From: Erysipelotrichaceae bacterium
GTDB lineage: Bacteria > Bacillota_I > Bacilli_A > Erysipelotrichales > Coprobacillaceae
DNA: 32,000 nt
Direction of reading: 5' to 3'
Assembly: GCA_028698185.1 (NCBI GenBank)
Contig: JAQVDW010000004.1
Span: 76,676 to 108,675 of the forward strand
Below are positions 1 through 8,143 of the stretch, piece by piece; position 1 is the first letter of the stretch; each line of letters begins with the position of its first letter. The notes beneath the pieces are model-generated. The model worked only from the letters and a program-made list of their open reading frames with translations, had not been told where the DNA came from and did not search any database. The position numbers were made by a program, and so were the translations under genes.

Positions 1-2
1 CC

Positions 3-173
3 TTCAACAAATGGGTAAAAAGGTATAATGATACGGGATCTTTTACTGAAGCCGACAATCGCTCGGATCATGAAAAAAAGATGATCAAGTTACAAAAAAA
101 GATCGAACAATTGAAGATGGAAAATGATATTTTAAAGCAAGCGGCGCTGATAATGGGACGAAAAGAAAAGTAA
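3..173 (+). CDS. IS3-family transposase OrfA, C-terminal 56 codons (partial at window edge)
   Basis: The frame is open from the window edge: [14 protein letters not shown]...[25 protein letters not shown]. The leucine-zipper-like tail is typical of IS3/IS150 OrfA. TAA at 171..173. Confidence 0.75.
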   Translation, partial: FNKWVKRYNDTGSFTEADNRSDHEKKMIKLQKKIEQLKMENDILKQAALIMGRKEK

Positions 174-731
174 TCTTTGCCAATAAACACAAATACTCTA
201 TCAGCGCCATGTGCAAAGTACTGAATATCTCACGGGCGACTCTTTACTACAAACCAAAAGGGCGAAAAATAGATTCAAAGATGGAAACCGCAGTCATCAA
301 ATCATTCAAGGAAAGCAAGAAAAACTATGGAACAAGAAAAATCAAAGATGATTTGAATGATTTAAAAATCGTGGCAAGCAGAAGAAAAATTGGCCAGGTC
401 ATGAAGGCATTTAACAATATACAAGGCAAGCTTAGCGATGTCGATATTTTTCATACCGACAGGGGCCAGAATTCAAAATGAGAAGATTGAACAATTACTG
501 ATAACTAATAATATTCAACGTTCATTAAGTGCGAAAGGAAAACCGGTTGACAATGCGGCATCCGAATCGACTTACAAAATAATCAAAACAGAGTTTGCAT
601 TCAATCGCAAATTCAATGATATAGGAGAATTATCGTTGGAACTGTTTAATTATGTAAACTGGTTCAACAATAAAAGGAAACATGGAAGTCTTAACTGCAA
701 GACACCAGTACAATTTCGGTTGTCCTTGTAA
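128..731 (+). pseudogene. IS3-family transposase OrfB, disrupted by an internal deletion plus a frameshift
   Basis: The -1 frame relative to orfA is open from 128. The N-terminal part is MCKVLNISRATLYY...GTRKIKDDL...RRKIGQVMKAF, which then jumps straight to IFHTDRG. The segment carrying the first catalytic Asp (W..DITY) is absent. The reading frame switches between ORFs 209..481 and 438..731. The C-terminal part, KGKPVDNAASES...NNKRKHGSL, is rve-like. Confidence 0.8.
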
Positions 732-760
732 AAAGTGTTTAAAAAAGTGTTGACTATCCA

Positions 761-946
761 ATCACCATCAGAGCCAATGTCGCAATCATGCCCGGGGTAA
801 CAATCGGCAAGGGCTGTGTCATTGCCGCCGGGCCGGTTGTGACCAGGGATGTTCCTGACAATTCGCTTGTCGGAGGCATCCCGGCAGCAAGTATCAAAAC
901 CATAACCGATAATAAGAAGAAGGGGGAAGTGGGCCACTTTCTATAG
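761..946 (+). pseudogene. 3' fragment (61 codons) of a hexapeptide-repeat (left-handed beta-helix) acetyltransferase; the 5' part was removed at the IS junction
   Basis: The frame starting at 761 reads [48 protein letters not shown]...*, with TAG at 944..946. This is the classic maltose/galactoside O-acetyltransferase-type C-terminus. There is no start codon and it abuts the IS end at 760. Confidence 0.7.
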
Positions 947-1029
947 GCTGGCGCTTGACAAAACCGGAAAGCCATGGTACATTTTCTCTAAACAAATAAC
1001 TTATAACTGCCACCGGGTAGTGATGCGAC

Positions 1030-1086
1030 AGCATCCAGGAGTACATCATCAGGTCTTAGAAGATGTGCTCCTAGGTGCTGTTTTTT
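1030..1086 (+). terminator. Rho-independent terminator (long hairpin plus T6)
   Basis: AGCATCCAGGAGTACATC ... GATGTGCTCCTAGGTGCT forms an ~18-bp stem with G-U pairs and is followed by GTTTTTT. It lies about 85 nt downstream of the acetyltransferase remnant. Confidence 0.6.
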
Positions 1087-1226
1087 GCTTTTAAAATCAG
1101 TGGCGTATAATCATTTGCATCAGGATTTTTTGGCCAGATGCGAAATGATTGGATGTAAGGAATTGTAAAGTTAATGTTAATGAAAATATATAGGAAAATG
1201 AATTCAAAACAACGGAGGAAAAGAAT

Positions 1227-1703
1227 ATGTTTCGAGAAATGCGGCGGTTCAAACAGAAATTGAATGTGACAGAATGTGAGGAAATCTTGAAAAGAAACAC
1301 ATCAGGTACCCTTGCCCTGCTAGGAGATGGGGGCTACCCTTACGCAGTACCATTAAGCTATGTGTATGTAAGCGGAAAAATATTTTTCCATTGCGCCAAG
1401 GCGGGCCACAAAATTGATGCGATCAAAAACTATGACAAGGCATCGTTTTGCATAATCGACAAGGATAAGATCGTTCCCGAAGAATATACTACCTATTTTC
1501 GCAGTGTCATCGCATTTGGGAAAATCAGGATTATCGCGGATACTTTGGAATTGGAGGCTGCTTTGAATATCCTGGCTAAAAAATATTCACCCGACCAGGT
1601 TGAAGGAAGGCAAAAGGAAATTGAGCAACAGATTTCAAGGGTGGCCATGATCGAATTGAGGATCGAGCATCTTTCAGGAAAGGAGGCAATCGAGTTAAGA
1701 TGA
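1227..1703 (+). CDS. Pyridoxamine 5'-phosphate oxidase-fold protein, Nim (nitroimidazole-reductase-like) family, paralog 1
   Basis: MFREMRR...TSGTLALLGDGGYPYAVPLSYVY..GKIFFHCAKAGHKIDAI...ASFCIIDKDKIVPEEYTTYFRSVIAFGK matches the Nim/PNPOx family pattern. RBS GGAGGAAAAGAAT precedes the ATG. Confidence 0.85.
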   Translation: MFREMRRFKQKLNVTECEEILKRNTSGTLALLGDGGYPYAVPLSYVYVSGKIFFHCAKAGHKIDAIKNYDKASFCIIDKDKIVPEEYTTYFRSVIAFGKIRIIADTLELEAALNILAKKYSPDQVEGRQKEIEQQISRVAMIELRIEHLSGKEAIELR

Positions 1704-2065
1704 AAATAGAAAGCATCGCCGGAAATTTTTCAGTCTGCATAGTATTCGACTATGACAATATCGACTTATTGGACAAATACACTTTCATCGGTAAAACCGA
1801 TGAAGAGAATTCCCTTGTCTGTTTGAGTGAAACAGTCCCTGCAAATGTGATTGAACGGGACGATGGCTTGAAAGGAATGCGGATCCAGGGTGAATTGGAT
1901 TTTTCTTTGATCGGAATCCTGGCGCAAATCGCAACAGCCCTTGCAAAAAACAAAATCAGTATTTTTGTGGTATCGACTTTCAATACCGATTACATATTCG
2001 TGAAAGAAGCGGATTTCACCAAGGCGCTTTTAGTCCTGGCAAGCGAGGGTTATGAATTAATCTAG
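1700..2065 (+). CDS. ACT-domain (ACT_7-like) small-molecule-binding protein
   Basis: FSVC.V.DY...F.GKTDEE.SLVC....P......DG...RIQG.LDFSLIGILA.I...LA...I.IF..ST.NTDY..VKE matches the pattern. ATGA overlap with the upstream stop suggests translational coupling. Confidence 0.75.
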   Translation: MKIESIAGNFSVCIVFDYDNIDLLDKYTFIGKTDEENSLVCLSETVPANVIERDDGLKGMRIQGELDFSLIGILAQIATALAKNKISIFVVSTFNTDYIFVKEADFTKALLVLASEGYELI

Positions 2066-2105
2066 CGTTGTCCTAAAGTGCAGGTGTCGAGCTACCAGTT
2101 TTCAA

Positions 2106-2138
2106 GTCAGCCTGGAATCATTAAAGGCTGGCTTTTTG
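2106..2138. terminator. Hairpin plus T-run between convergent genes (possible bidirectional terminator)
   Basis: TCAGCC-N13-GGCTGG followed by CTTTTTGG. Confidence 0.4.
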
Positions 2139-2165
2139 GTAAACAGGAACACTTTCCCCAATATC

Positions 2166-3560
2166 TTAACTTGAAGTTTCAATCAGGCTGGGGGAATCGG
2201 CGGAATTGTTTGGTATTGAACCTTCGGTCTTTTTCAGTTTGTTGTTGAAAATGAGAAAATAGAAAATACACAACGATACCTGGATCAGCGTTGAACTCGG
2301 GGTGGCAAGCCCGATTCTAAACAGTGATAGGGGCTCAATCTGGCTAAAGAGATAAGACATAGGGATCCGGATGCCAAAAGCCCCAATGATGCCCTGGACC
2401 ATGACGAAGTTTGCCTTTGAGCAGCCATTGAAATATCCGACCAGGCAAAAAAGGAAGGCCGTCAGCAGGCAGTCGATGGCATAGGCCTTGAGATATTCCC
2501 AGGAAGCGTTGATAACCGGAATCTCGTTCGAGAATACCCCTGAAAGCAGATTGCCGTGGAAAAATGACAAGTACGCCATCGCGGTACCAGCAAACAAGGA
2601 GATGGCGATACCATAAAGCAGGGTTTTGCGGGCCCGTTGATATTCCTTGGCCCCGTAGTTTTGGGCGACGACAACGGCGACCGCCTGGCTAAAAGCGGAA
2701 GGAACAAGCATGATGAATCCGGCCAGTCTTTCGGCCACCCCGACCCCGGCGGCGGCTATGACTCCCAAGGAGTTGACGATTGTGGTGATCGCCAGAAAAG
2801 ACAAGCTCACCAAGCCATCTTGCAAGGCAATCGGCGCCCCGTATCTTATGATCCGGATTGTCAATTCTTTGTGGAATCTTATGGATGATCTTGAAAATTC
2901 AAAAGGCAGACCCTGTTTTTTGATGATCACAGTGGCAAGGACAACGCTTGTAGCCTGGGCGATAACTGTTGCCAGGGCCGCTCCCATCACTCCCAAATGA
3001 AAACCGGTGACAAAAACAACATCTCCGATGATGTTGACAACACAGGCGATTGTGACCACAATCAAAGGGGTTTTGGAATCTCCCAGGCCCCGGAAAATAC
3101 TGCCGATCACATTGAAGGCGACGATAAACAGGCTGCCGGCCCCGCAAATGCGCAGATAGAGCACAGTATCGCCAAATGACTCACCCGGGACGTGCAGGAT
3201 ATTTGAAATGGCTCCAGCGAAAACAAGCATTGTGGCAGTGATGAAAACTGCGAGCACCAAAAAGATGGCAATCGCGCTGCCAATCACATTGCCAGCTTCT
3301 TTTGATTGGCCACTCCCGAGCATCTGGCCTATAAGGATGGTGACGCCCATCGCCAATCCATTGATGACCGATGTGACACTCAACATCACCTGGCTACCCG
3401 AGGCGACTGCCAGGATATCCGGCGCATTGCCCCATTGCCCGACAATCACCAAATCTACCGCCCCGTACATTACCTGGAGCAACATTGCCAGTAGCACCGG
3501 CAAGGCAAACATGATTAAAGGTAAAAATAATTTACCAGTTGTAAAATCGGATATTTTCAT
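2166..3560 (-). CDS. MATE family efflux transporter
   Basis: A 12-TM-type sequence with a NorM/MATE-like N-terminus, MKISDFTTGKLFLPLIMFALPVLLAMLLQVMYGAVDLVIVGQ. I prefer the ATG at 3560 (AAAGGA 9 nt upstream) over the upstream ATGs to 3605, because those lie inside the leader hairpin. Confidence 0.88.
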   Translation of the reverse strand: MKISDFTTGKLFLPLIMFALPVLLAMLLQVMYGAVDLVIVGQWGNAPDILAVASGSQVMLSVTSVINGLAMGVTILIGQMLGSGQSKEAGNVIGSAIAIFLVLAVFITATMLVFAGAISNILHVPGESFGDTVLYLRICGAGSLFIVAFNVIGSIFRGLGDSKTPLIVVTIACVVNIIGDVVFVTGFHLGVMGAALATVIAQATSVVLATVIIKKQGLPFEFSRSSIRFHKELTIRIIRYGAPIALQDGLVSLSFLAITTIVNSLGVIAAAGVGVAERLAGFIMLVPSAFSQAVAVVVAQNYGAKEYQRARKTLLYGIAISLFAGTAMAYLSFFHGNLLSGVFSNEIPVINASWEYLKAYAIDCLLTAFLFCLVGYFNGCSKANFVMVQGIIGAFGIRIPMSYLFSQIEPLSLFRIGLATPSSTLIQVSLCIFYFLIFNNKLKKTEGSIPNNSADSPSLIETSS

Positions 3561-3581
3561 AATAAACATTCCTTTCATGAC

Positions 3582-3632
3582 AAAAAAAGCCGGACAAGAA
3601 GGCATATCTCTCGATATACCATCTTATCCGGC
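3582..3632 (-). terminator. Terminator-like hairpin plus U7 inside the MATE 5' leader (candidate attenuator or riboswitch expression platform)
   Basis: The minus strand reads GCCGGATAAGATGGTATATC-GAGA-GATATGCCTTCTTGTCCGGC TTTTTTT, ending about 20 nt before the MATE start codon. Confidence 0.5.
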
Positions 3633-3690
3633 AAAATCACTTCTTAGAGTTATTCTCTATGGAGCAAGTCTCCTCCGATGAATCCCTATT

Positions 3691-3719
3691 AGCTTATCAT
3701 GACTTGAAATTAATGTCAA
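3691..3719 (-). promoter_or_regulatory. Sigma-A-type promoter for the MATE leader
   Basis: The minus strand reads TTGACA-17 nt-TAAGCT with TG at the extended -10 position (TGATAAGCT). Confidence 0.45.
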
Positions 3720-3948
3720 TATGGCGCTGTGGCATTTTTGGTTGGTCTTTCAGGGTGATTCCTTTGGGGCTTGTAGCTTAGTGTTTCTGATTTTTTTGCA
3801 ACTCGGGCGGTAACAGGGCCGGGCCCGTAATTTATTTGCATTTCTCGAAGTGCGCTTTGAAGACGAGCTGTTACGGTTCTGCCTCGAAGTCGCTCAGGAC
3901 ATTCTCCTGCGCTTTTTTGATCATATTCTTTTGCGGGATCTTGTGATT

Positions 3949-3978
3949 TTGACAAAATGCATTACATTATGATAGACT
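3949..3978 (+). promoter_or_regulatory. Candidate pab operon promoter
   Basis: TTGACA-18 nt-TAGACT with an extended TG (TGATAGACT), about 70 nt upstream of pabA. Confidence 0.35.
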
Positions 3979-4049
3979 GAATTAACCAAGTTACGGACCT
4001 TCTCATCAGGATAACGACTCTGGTAAAATAGAGAAAATGGAGTAGGTCT

Positions 4050-4655
4050 ATGATTTTTTTATTGGATAATTACGATTCGTTTGTCTACAACCTGGCTGCA
4101 TATATAAGGGAGTCAGGCGAAGAGATAATAGTGAAACGGGCAGACGAGGTGGATCTGGAACAGATCAAAAGCATGAGTCCCGATGGGATAATAATTTCAC
4201 CGGGCCCGAAACGGCCTCAGGATGCGAAGCTGTCGATTACGGTAGTTAAGGAATTCCAAGGCAAGATCCCCTTGCTCGGGGTGTGCCTGGGCCACCAGGT
4301 CATCGCCCACTTCTATGGGGCAAACGTCATAAAAGGTAAAATCCCGGTTCATGGCAAGGTCACCCCGATCATAAACAATGGCCAGGGCATATTTGAGGGG
4401 CTGCCGGAAAGATACCAGGTGACCCGATATCATTCCCTGGTCGTTGCCAAAGCATCGATTCCAACATTCATGCAAATCGATGCCACGACTGATGATGGTG
4501 TGGTCATGGGGATTTCCCATAAGGAATATCCGCTTTATGGGGTGCAGTTCCATCCCGAAGCCGTATTGAGCGAATACGGCCATGAGCTGCTGAAAAATTT
4601 CATCGAAATATCCAAAGATTGGAGGTATCGCCATGGCAACAATCAGGACTTATAA
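4050..4655 (+). CDS. pabA: Aminodeoxychorismate/anthranilate synthase component II (class I glutamine amidotransferase)
   Basis: LLDNYDSFVYNL...ISPGPKRP...LLGVCLGHQ...VTRYHSLVV...GVQFHPEA carries the Cys-His-Glu triad motifs. The pab assignment comes from the pabB/pabC context. Confidence 0.9.
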   Translation: MIFLLDNYDSFVYNLAAYIRESGEEIIVKRADEVDLEQIKSMSPDGIIISPGPKRPQDAKLSITVVKEFQGKIPLLGVCLGHQVIAHFYGANVIKGKIPVHGKVTPIINNGQGIFEGLPERYQVTRYHSLVVAKASIPTFMQIDATTDDGVVMGISHKEYPLYGVQFHPEAVLSEYGHELLKNFIEISKDWRYRHGNNQDL

Positions 4656-5991
4656 AGAATATCCGCCAATTGACAAGGTTTTCGACCTGTATCAGGATGA
4701 AAGCCATGCGGTCTTTCTCGACTCTTCCTTGCGAAATTCTCTGGGCCGGTATTCGATCATCGGGATCCATCCCTACATGACCCTGGTAAATGGGGAGCAG
4801 TTCACACTCAACGACAAGGTCATGGATTGCACATTTGAAGAATTTCTCAAGGACCACCTCAAGGGCAATTTCGAGGAAAACAAGACCGGTCTGCCCATCG
4901 TGTCCGGGGCTATCGGATATTTTTCCTATGACTACGGCCTGAAAAAGGAAGGCCTTGTTTCCAGGCATGAAAAGGAAGTTGAGATTCCCGATTGCGTCTT
5001 TTGTTTCTACGATGTGTTCATCATCGAGGACCATCAAGAAAAACAGCTCCACCTGGTCGCCAATGGCCAGGGGATGGCATGCGAAGCAAGACTCGATATT
5101 ATCGAGACACAGATAACAAATATAAAAACAAAAAAACCACAACCGGGGTATGGGCAGGTTGAAACTAAAGTGGAAGCGAACTTTTCCAAGAACGATTATC
5201 TTTGTGCCCTCGAAAAGATGATCGACTACATTATCGAGGGCGATATCTATATCGCGAACATGACCCAGAAGCTTAGGATAAAGAGTCCCTGCGGGCCATA
5301 TGAACTGTTTAAAAAACTAAGGCAGGATAATCCGTCCCCTTTTGGCGGCTATTTCAATTATGATGATTTCCAGGTGGTCTGCGCATCGCCGGAACGTTTC
5401 CTGAAGATGACCGACCGCCATGTTGTCACCCGGCCGATCAAAGGTACTCGAAAAAGGGGCACTACCCGGCAAGAAGACGAGATGAACCGTCAGGAACTGG
5501 CCAATTCGCAAAAGGACAAAAGCGAACTGCTGATGATTGTCGATCTCGAAAGAAACGACCTCAATAAGGTATGCATACCTGGAACGGTGAAAGTGGGCGA
5601 ACTTTTTACAGTGGAACAGTATGCGACCGTATTTCACCTTGTTTCCAATATCGATGGCGATCTGGAAGAGGGATTGACGGCCATGGATCTGATCGGCGCG
5701 ACATTTCCCGGCGGTTCGATCACCGGAGCTCCTAAGCTGCGGGCAATGGAAGTCATCGATGAGCTCGAACATGGCCGCCGCGACCTGTATACCGGATCGA
5801 TGGGTTATATGTCATTGGATGGCAACTGCGATTTCAACATTGTCATCCGCACCGCCCTGTACCAGAATGGCACTTACCATCTGGGCGTGGGCGGGGGCAT
5901 CACCTGCGAATCGATACTTGAAGACGAGTACGAAGAGACGATGCAAAAAGCGAAAGCGATATTGGAAAGCCTGAAAATAAAAGAAATGTAG
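4633..5991 (+). CDS. pabB: Aminodeoxychorismate synthase component I
   Basis: Chorismate-binding motifs SPERFLK, PIKGTRKRG, DLERNDL, FPGGSITGAPKLRAMEVIDELE and DLYTGSMGY. RBS GGAGG. The start overlaps the end of pabA. Confidence 0.9.
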   Translation: MATIRTYKEYPPIDKVFDLYQDESHAVFLDSSLRNSLGRYSIIGIHPYMTLVNGEQFTLNDKVMDCTFEEFLKDHLKGNFEENKTGLPIVSGAIGYFSYDYGLKKEGLVSRHEKEVEIPDCVFCFYDVFIIEDHQEKQLHLVANGQGMACEARLDIIETQITNIKTKKPQPGYGQVETKVEANFSKNDYLCALEKMIDYIIEGDIYIANMTQKLRIKSPCGPYELFKKLRQDNPSPFGGYFNYDDFQVVCASPERFLKMTDRHVVTRPIKGTRKRGTTRQEDEMNRQELANSQKDKSELLMIVDLERNDLNKVCIPGTVKVGELFTVEQYATVFHLVSNIDGDLEEGLTAMDLIGATFPGGSITGAPKLRAMEVIDELEHGRRDLYTGSMGYMSLDGNCDFNIVIRTALYQNGTYHLGVGGGITCESILEDEYEETMQKAKAILESLKIKEM

Positions 5992-6001
5992 AGGTAGAGA
6001 G

Positions 6002-6730
6002 ATGATCTTGGATGATGGATATCAGTTTGGTCTGGGCGCCTTTGAAACAATTGCGATACATCGGGGCGTCCCGTTATTTTTAGGACCGCATCTCGCCCGG
6101 ATGGATAGAACACTGGATTTTTTGAAGATTGATAATCGGGTCAGTGAAGAGGAAGTTCAGGAGTACCTGAGACAAAACCAGTTGGCCAATGGCGGTTTGA
6201 AAATCATGGTTTCGCAAAACAACATAATTTTTACCAGGAGAAAAAATCCCTATCGAGTGGATAAGTACCAGAATGGTGCGATCATGGGATACAGCGATTT
6301 CAAAAGGAATGAAACATCACCTTTGATTTGCCACAAGACCCTCAACTACGGCGAATGCATCCTGGAAAACCGCAAGGCGAAAGACCGGGGTCTCGACGAG
6401 ATCATTTTCCTTAATACAAAAGGCGAGATATGCGAGGGCACGGTATCGAACATCTTTTTTGTCAGGGACGGGACGATATATACCCCGGAAAAAACGTGCG
6501 GACTGCTTCCGGGGGTCATCCGGGATTTCGTCCTGGAAAACAATCCGGCAAAACAGACTGTTATAATGCCTGATGATGTTAATTCATATGATGAATGTTT
6601 CATCACCAATTCCCTGATGGGAATCATGCCGGTAAAACAGCTAGGCAGCCATGTTTTTTCAAAAAGAGATGTGACAGACCGGATAATGAAGCAATACCGC
6701 AAAGAACTTTCAAAGCAGATCTCCAAATGA
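6002..6730 (+). CDS. pabC: Aminodeoxychorismate lyase (fold-type IV PLP enzyme)
   Basis: Class IV aminotransferase pattern: FETI..., CHKTLNYGECI (PLP Lys), E..F.N..GE..EGT.SNIF and ...TNSL.GI.PV. It lies directly downstream of pabB. Confidence 0.82.
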   Translation: MILDDGYQFGLGAFETIAIHRGVPLFLGPHLARMDRTLDFLKIDNRVSEEEVQEYLRQNQLANGGLKIMVSQNNIIFTRRKNPYRVDKYQNGAIMGYSDFKRNETSPLICHKTLNYGECILENRKAKDRGLDEIIFLNTKGEICEGTVSNIFFVRDGTIYTPEKTCGLLPGVIRDFVLENNPAKQTVIMPDDVNSYDECFITNSLMGIMPVKQLGSHVFSKRDVTDRIMKQYRKELSKQISK

Positions 6731-6928
6731 TTGAACGGGTTTATTTTACCGGCAACAAGCCCGGTATCGGGATTGAGAAAAAGACATCAGATAAAAAAGG
6801 CCCATGGCTGCTTACTGGATGTAAACGCCAATAGGACCTGATGAATTTCAAGATGGAATCAATCCATGATTCCCTGGGTCGGTGCTTGATGATCGGATGG
6901 GATGTCTCATGATGGCACCGCAGAAAGT

Positions 6929-7318
6929 TCATTTTGAGCGGCCAAGCAGTTGCCAGGCTGATAGAAAACCGTGTTTCAGGGCTTTAAGGGGCATGTGGAA
7001 AATCATCCTCGGGCCTGAATAACGCATTACCTTACGGATTTGGTTGCGCCTGTCATTGGGGTAACATGGCGTTTTACAGGCGGAGCAAAATGTCTTGGTG
7101 GCCATATGGGGGCAAGCGGCAGTCCTTGAAAGGGCGAATGTTTCCAGTTCCTGACACTCGGGGCAAAGCTTCCTGATCTCAGGATGACCGGATAGGAGGT
7201 GCCAACCTTTTTTGCCTTGGTGGTTCCCGTTGCAATATATCGCAATCATGATTTTCAGGGTCTCCATTTCTTTTGCCCTTTTTTTCGCTGTTTTTGGTGA
7301 TTCCTTCTGTTTGTCCAT
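6929..7318 (-). CDS. Nitrous-oxide-stimulated-promoter family protein (YgbA-like, Cys-rich)
   Basis: KIMIAIYCNGNH...LCPECQEL..FALSRTAACPH..TKTFCSACKTPCY.....QIRKVMRYSGPRMIFHMP resembles E. coli YgbA. Start chosen at MDKQKE (7318), with GAGG 7 nt upstream. Confidence 0.78.
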   Translation of the reverse strand: MDKQKESPKTAKKRAKEMETLKIMIAIYCNGNHQGKKGWHLLSGHPEIRKLCPECQELETFALSRTAACPHMATKTFCSACKTPCYPNDRRNQIRKVMRYSGPRMIFHMPLKALKHGFLSAWQLLGRSK

Positions 7319-7375
7319 TTTGCGCCTCGCTTTGATTTCAGGATGGAAATTGTCGAATTGAAGGTCGATTTGAAA

Positions 7376-7399
7376 ATATTTGACTATGCATACAAATAT
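7376..7399. promoter_or_regulatory. Palindromic candidate operator overlapping the ygbA-like promoter
   Basis: ATATTTG-ACTATGCATA-CAAATAT has perfect 7-bp arms and an internal TATGCATA palindrome. It abuts and overlaps the -10 box and covers the expected transcription start. Confidence 0.35.
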
Positions 7400-7426
7400 C
7401 ATAATCTTAGTTTACAAACATGTCAA
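7398..7426 (-). promoter_or_regulatory. Strong sigma-A-type promoter of the ygbA-like gene
   Basis: The minus strand reads TTGACA-17 nt-TATGAT. Confidence 0.55.
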
Positions 7427-7588
7427 CAGGGCCGTTAGACAATCATAAACCCTGGACTGTCATATTCCCCGGACTTATCAAAATGGACCGGCCACCAGGG
7501 AACCGCCCATATTTTTCATGGAAGATTGAGCGGATCCGGGTAAAATACAAGACATCGCATCCACCCAAGAAGATTAGGAGAACCACAT

Positions 7589-8035
7589 ATGAAGATAAGA
7601 AAAATCATACCCCATGACCGGGAAAAGTTGTTTGCAATGATGCGCGAGTTTTACGATTCGCCGGCCTTGCTGGAAACTGTGCCGGATGAAATATTGCACC
7701 GCGACATCGATGATTGCCTTGGCGAACTGCCTTTTGTCGAGGGATTCGTCTTTGAAAAAGAAGGGGAAATCATCGGCTATGGCATGATTGCCAAAAGCTA
7801 TTCGACTGAGTTTGGCTGCGTCTGTATCTGGGTCGAGGACCTGTATCTGCTGCCTCTTTACCGGGGGCAGGGACTCGGCGGAAAGTTCTTTGGTTTTGTC
7901 GAGGACCTTTATCAAAATCAGCCAGTCCGTTTCCGGCTTGAGGTTGAGCCAAACAATCTCAATGCCATCAAGGCTTACCGGAAAAACGGCTACCGCCAGT
8001 TGGGTTATGTCCAGATGGCCAAAGAGAAAAAATGA
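7589..8035 (+). CDS. GNAT family N-acetyltransferase
   Basis: Acetyl-CoA motif A, LYLLPLYRGQGLGGKFF, with ...NAIKAYRKNGY downstream. RBS AGGAG. Confidence 0.85.
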   Translation: MKIRKIIPHDREKLFAMMREFYDSPALLETVPDEILHRDIDDCLGELPFVEGFVFEKEGEIIGYGMIAKSYSTEFGCVCIWVEDLYLLPLYRGQGLGGKFFGFVEDLYQNQPVRFRLEVEPNNLNAIKAYRKNGYRQLGYVQMAKEKK

Positions 8036-8074
8036 GCGACGATGGCGCTAAAAGCAATTATATTATCATATTGG

Positions 8075-8102
8075 TTGCTTTCGATCTGAAATCGATTATA
8101 AT
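8075..8102 (+). promoter_or_regulatory. Candidate promoter of the di-iron repair gene
   Basis: TTGCTT-16 nt-TATAAT. Confidence 0.4.
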
Positions 8103-8143
8103 CTAGCCATAGATACATAATGATGACAAATAAGAGGTGGATT

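Larger units (their letters stand above)
1..760 (+). mobile_element. IS3-family insertion sequence, decayed copy (5' part lies outside the window)
   Basis: An orfA tail is followed by a -1-frame orfB. The element ends ...GTGTTGACTATCCA at 760, so the bottom strand starts TGGATAGTCAACAC (IS3-type TG...CA terminus). Its last 126 nt recur inverted at 31875..32000. The region is visibly more AT-rich than the interior. Confidence 0.85.

Noticed and set aside
650-975. Minus-strand ORFs at 650..937 and 754..975.
   Set aside because: They read across the IS3 terminus at 760 and are antisense to the acetyltransferase remnant. Their partial identity to the tail of ORF 31302..31940 simply reflects the inverted IS repeat.
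2166-3605. Longer ORF-track starts: 3605 for MATE, 7402 for the ygbA-like gene, 8120 for scdA, 8888 for DUF1287, 9589 for PucR, 18552 for gdhA, 18864 for GH3, 25082 for TSCPD and 28711 for the membrane protein.
   Set aside because: In each case an internal ATG has a properly spaced GGAGG-like RBS and gives the family-typical N-terminus. The extended start lies in a promoter or hairpin, or adds non-homologous residues.
3716-3955. A 79-aa minus-strand ORF in the MATE/pab intergenic region.
   Set aside because: It has no RBS, an Arg/Pro-rich composition and no recognisable family. It would also have to be transcribed through the pab promoter. The region is kept only as an unexplained non-coding stretch.
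3949-4049. A THF (folate) riboswitch upstream of pabABC.
   Set aside because: The ~70-nt leader is too short and shows none of the conserved THF-I segments I recall. The longer upstream region (3720..3948) did not match either.
6741-6932. A 63-aa minus-strand ORF whose ATG overlaps the ygbA-like stop codon (ATGA).
   Set aside because: The overlap hints at translational coupling, but the sequence (MNFLRCHHETSHPIIKH...) matches nothing I recognise. It fills a convergent intergenic region, so I do not consider it supportable without conservation or ribosome-profiling data.
7420-7617. A 65-aa plus-strand ORF between the ygbA-like gene and the GNAT gene.
   Set aside because: It overlaps the ygbA -35 box and the GNAT RBS and start codon. 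It has a Pro/Lys-rich composition and no RBS.
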